Origin: an uncultured Bifidobacteriaceae bacterium
GTDB taxonomy: Bacteria; Acidobacteriota; Vicinamibacteria; Vicinamibacterales; CAVVIG01
DNA: 45,019 bases
Direction: 5' to 3'
Assembly (NCBI GenBank): GCA_964579765.1
Contig: CAZOIK010000131.1
Location: forward strand, 1-45,019
Both the position numbers and the translations under genes were made by a program. How positions within the stretch are numbered: the first letter of the stretch is position 1; each line of letters begins with the position of its first letter. Shown one piece after another: positions 43,657 through 45,019 of this stretch. The notes below the pieces were generated by a model. That model saw only the letters and a list, made by a program, of their open reading frames with translations, was not told the origin of the DNA and ran no database searches.

Positions 43657-44991
43657 TTGAACATGTATATCTCCAAGATGGCGCTTCCACGACGGACGTT
43701 CCTGCGCGGGATGGGGGCGGCGCTCGCGCTGCCGCTGCTCGACGCGATGGTGCCGGCCTTGACCCCGCTGGCGAAGGCGGCGGCGGCGCCGAAGATCCGG
43801 GCCGGCTGGGTGTACATCCCGAACGGCGCGATCGTGGACGACTTCTTCCCGAAGTCGTTCGGCACGGGGTGGGAGTTCACGCCGATTCTCAAGCCGCTCG
43901 AGCCGCACAAGGACGAGCTGGTCGTCGTCAAGAACCTCACGCGCTCGCATCCGGGCAGCCAGGTCGGCGACCACGCCGTCAGCGTCGGCGGCTATCTCAC
44001 CGGCGTCTGGCCGAAGCGCACGGAAGCCGAGGACGTGCTCGCCAACACGACGATCGATCAGATCGTCGCGCGCCAGATCGGCGAAGACACGCCGCTGCCC
44101 TCGCTTGAAGTCGCGACCGAGGACTTCACCGGCTACGTGGGCGCCTGCTCGCCGGGCTTCAGCTGCGCGTACATGAACACCATCGCGTGGAGCTCGCCGA
44201 CGACGCCGCTGCCGATGGAGATCAACCCGCGGGCGGTCTTCGAGCACCTGTTCGGGCAGGCGGGCACCGCCGCCCACCGCGCGGCCCGCGTGAAGGAAGA
44301 GAAGAGCATCCTCGACTCGATTTCGCAGGAGGCCGGCGATCTGCGGCGGTCGCTCGGCGCGAAGGATCGCGGCCGCGTCGATCAATATCTCGACAACGTG
44401 CGCGAGATCGAGCGTCGCATTCAGCGCACCGAAGCGCACAACGCGACCAACGTCGTCACGACGGGCGCGCCAATCGGCATCCCCGATTCGTTCGAGGAGC
44501 ACGTCGGCCTGATGTACGACCTGATCGCGACGGCGTGGCAGGCCGACATCACGCGCGTCTTCACGTTCATGCTGTCGCGCGAGCTCAGCCAGCGGACGTA
44601 CGGCAACATCGGCGTCACCGAGCAGCACCACACGATCTCGCACCATGGGAACGACCCGGACAAGATCGCGAAGAACGTGAAGATCAACACGTATCACATC
44701 CAGCTCTTCGCGCGGTTCATCGACAAGCTGAAGTCGATTGAAGACGGCGACGGCACGCTGCTCGATCACACGGTCGTCTTCCACGGCGGCGGCATGGGCA
44801 ACCCGAACGGACACCTGACCGACCCGCTGCCCGTCGTGGGCGTCGGCGGCGGGCTCGGCAAGGGCTACCGCCACCTCGAGCTGCCGGTGCGGACGCCGGT
44901 CGGCGATCTGTGGCTGTCGGTCGCGCACAAGTTCGGCAACCAGATGCGGCAGTTCGGCGACGGCGACGCGCCGATTTCGTTGTTTGCGTGA
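43657..44991 (+). CDS. DUF1552-family protein with a Tat-type signal
   Basis: RRTFLRGMGAALALPLLDAM twin-arginine leader. The family pattern ..HHGN... is present, and the gene sits directly downstream of the DUF1592-type gene. Confidence 0.8.
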   Translation: MNMYISKMALPRRTFLRGMGAALALPLLDAMVPALTPLAKAAAAPKIRAGWVYIPNGAIVDDFFPKSFGTGWEFTPILKPLEPHKDELVVVKNLTRSHPGSQVGDHAVSVGGYLTGVWPKRTEAEDVLANTTIDQIVARQIGEDTPLPSLEVATEDFTGYVGACSPGFSCAYMNTIAWSSPTTPLPMEINPRAVFEHLFGQAGTAAHRAARVKEEKSILDSISQEAGDLRRSLGAKDRGRVDQYLDNVREIERRIQRTEAHNATNVVTTGAPIGIPDSFEEHVGLMYDLIATAWQADITRVFTFMLSRELSQRTYGNIGVTEQHHTISHHGNDPDKIAKNVKINTYHIQLFARFIDKLKSIEDGDGTLLDHTVVFHGGGMGNPNGHLTDPLPVVGVGGGLGKGYRHLELPVRTPVGDLWLSVAHKFGNQMRQFGDGDAPISLFA

Positions 44992-44996
44992 CGGAC

Positions 44997-45017
44997 CGCG
45001 GCCCTGAAAGGGCCGCG
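44997..45017. repeat. REP-like hairpin
   Basis: cgcggccc-tgaaa-gggccgcg is a perfect 8-bp stem starting 6 nt after stop TGA 44989-44991. It is in the reverse orientation relative to the 15751 copy. Confidence 0.75.
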
Positions 45018-45019
45018 CG

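Noticed and set aside
41269-44928. 1219-aa minus-strand ORF spanning the whole DUF1592/DUF1552 region
   Set aside because: It is antisense to two genes with clear family signatures. Its translation is Arg/His/Asp/Gly-rich low complexity, typical of GC-driven shadow ORFs, with no motifs.

Overview
High-GC bacterial chromosomal window. The gene content (PEP-CTERM protein, DUF1592/DUF1552-type pair, secreted LolA-like and M48 proteins, stop-codon-linked palindromes) suggests a soil Acidobacteriota- or Gemmatimonadota-like organism; this is inference only. The one clearly accessory region is the left 6.9 kb. It is a lower-GC island abutting tRNA-His (6889-6964, minus). A tightly coupled plus-strand operon (1661-6853) encodes two unknown proteins, a soluble TraD/VirD4/HerA-like P-loop ATPase, a replication-relaxation-like protein, an excisionase-type HTH and a tyrosine integrase. 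To its left lie an orphan winged-helix regulator fused to an unrecognisable ~215-aa domain (460-1440, lowest GC) and a truncated vapC remnant (240-440). The remaining ~38 kb is mostly ordinary core metabolism and transport: a pabB-pabC fusion, an M2 peptidase, scoAB, accC, Fe-ADH, a heterodimeric ABC exporter, AEC, TonB, M48, OPT and MFS transporters, a MaoC dehydratase, three MBL-fold hydrolases, an SBP56 (selenium-binding/methanethiol-oxidase-like) protein, AraC and a BDH-like SDR. The candidates most worth a second look are listed here. (1) An orphan diadenylate-cyclase-like protein with an unknown N-terminal domain and an RHR->RHL change (11684-12814). (2) The island cargo: the wHTH-unknown fusion, an acidic leading-region protein and a zinc-ribbon/coiled-coil protein. 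(3) A REP-like hairpin family whose conserved 5' edge carries a TAG that serves as the stop codon of five genes. (4) An SBP56 / His-rich membrane protein / AraC locus. No CRISPR array, rRNA or transposase was seen. Many long antisense or alternate-frame ORFs in the supplied track are GC-driven shadows and were rejected.
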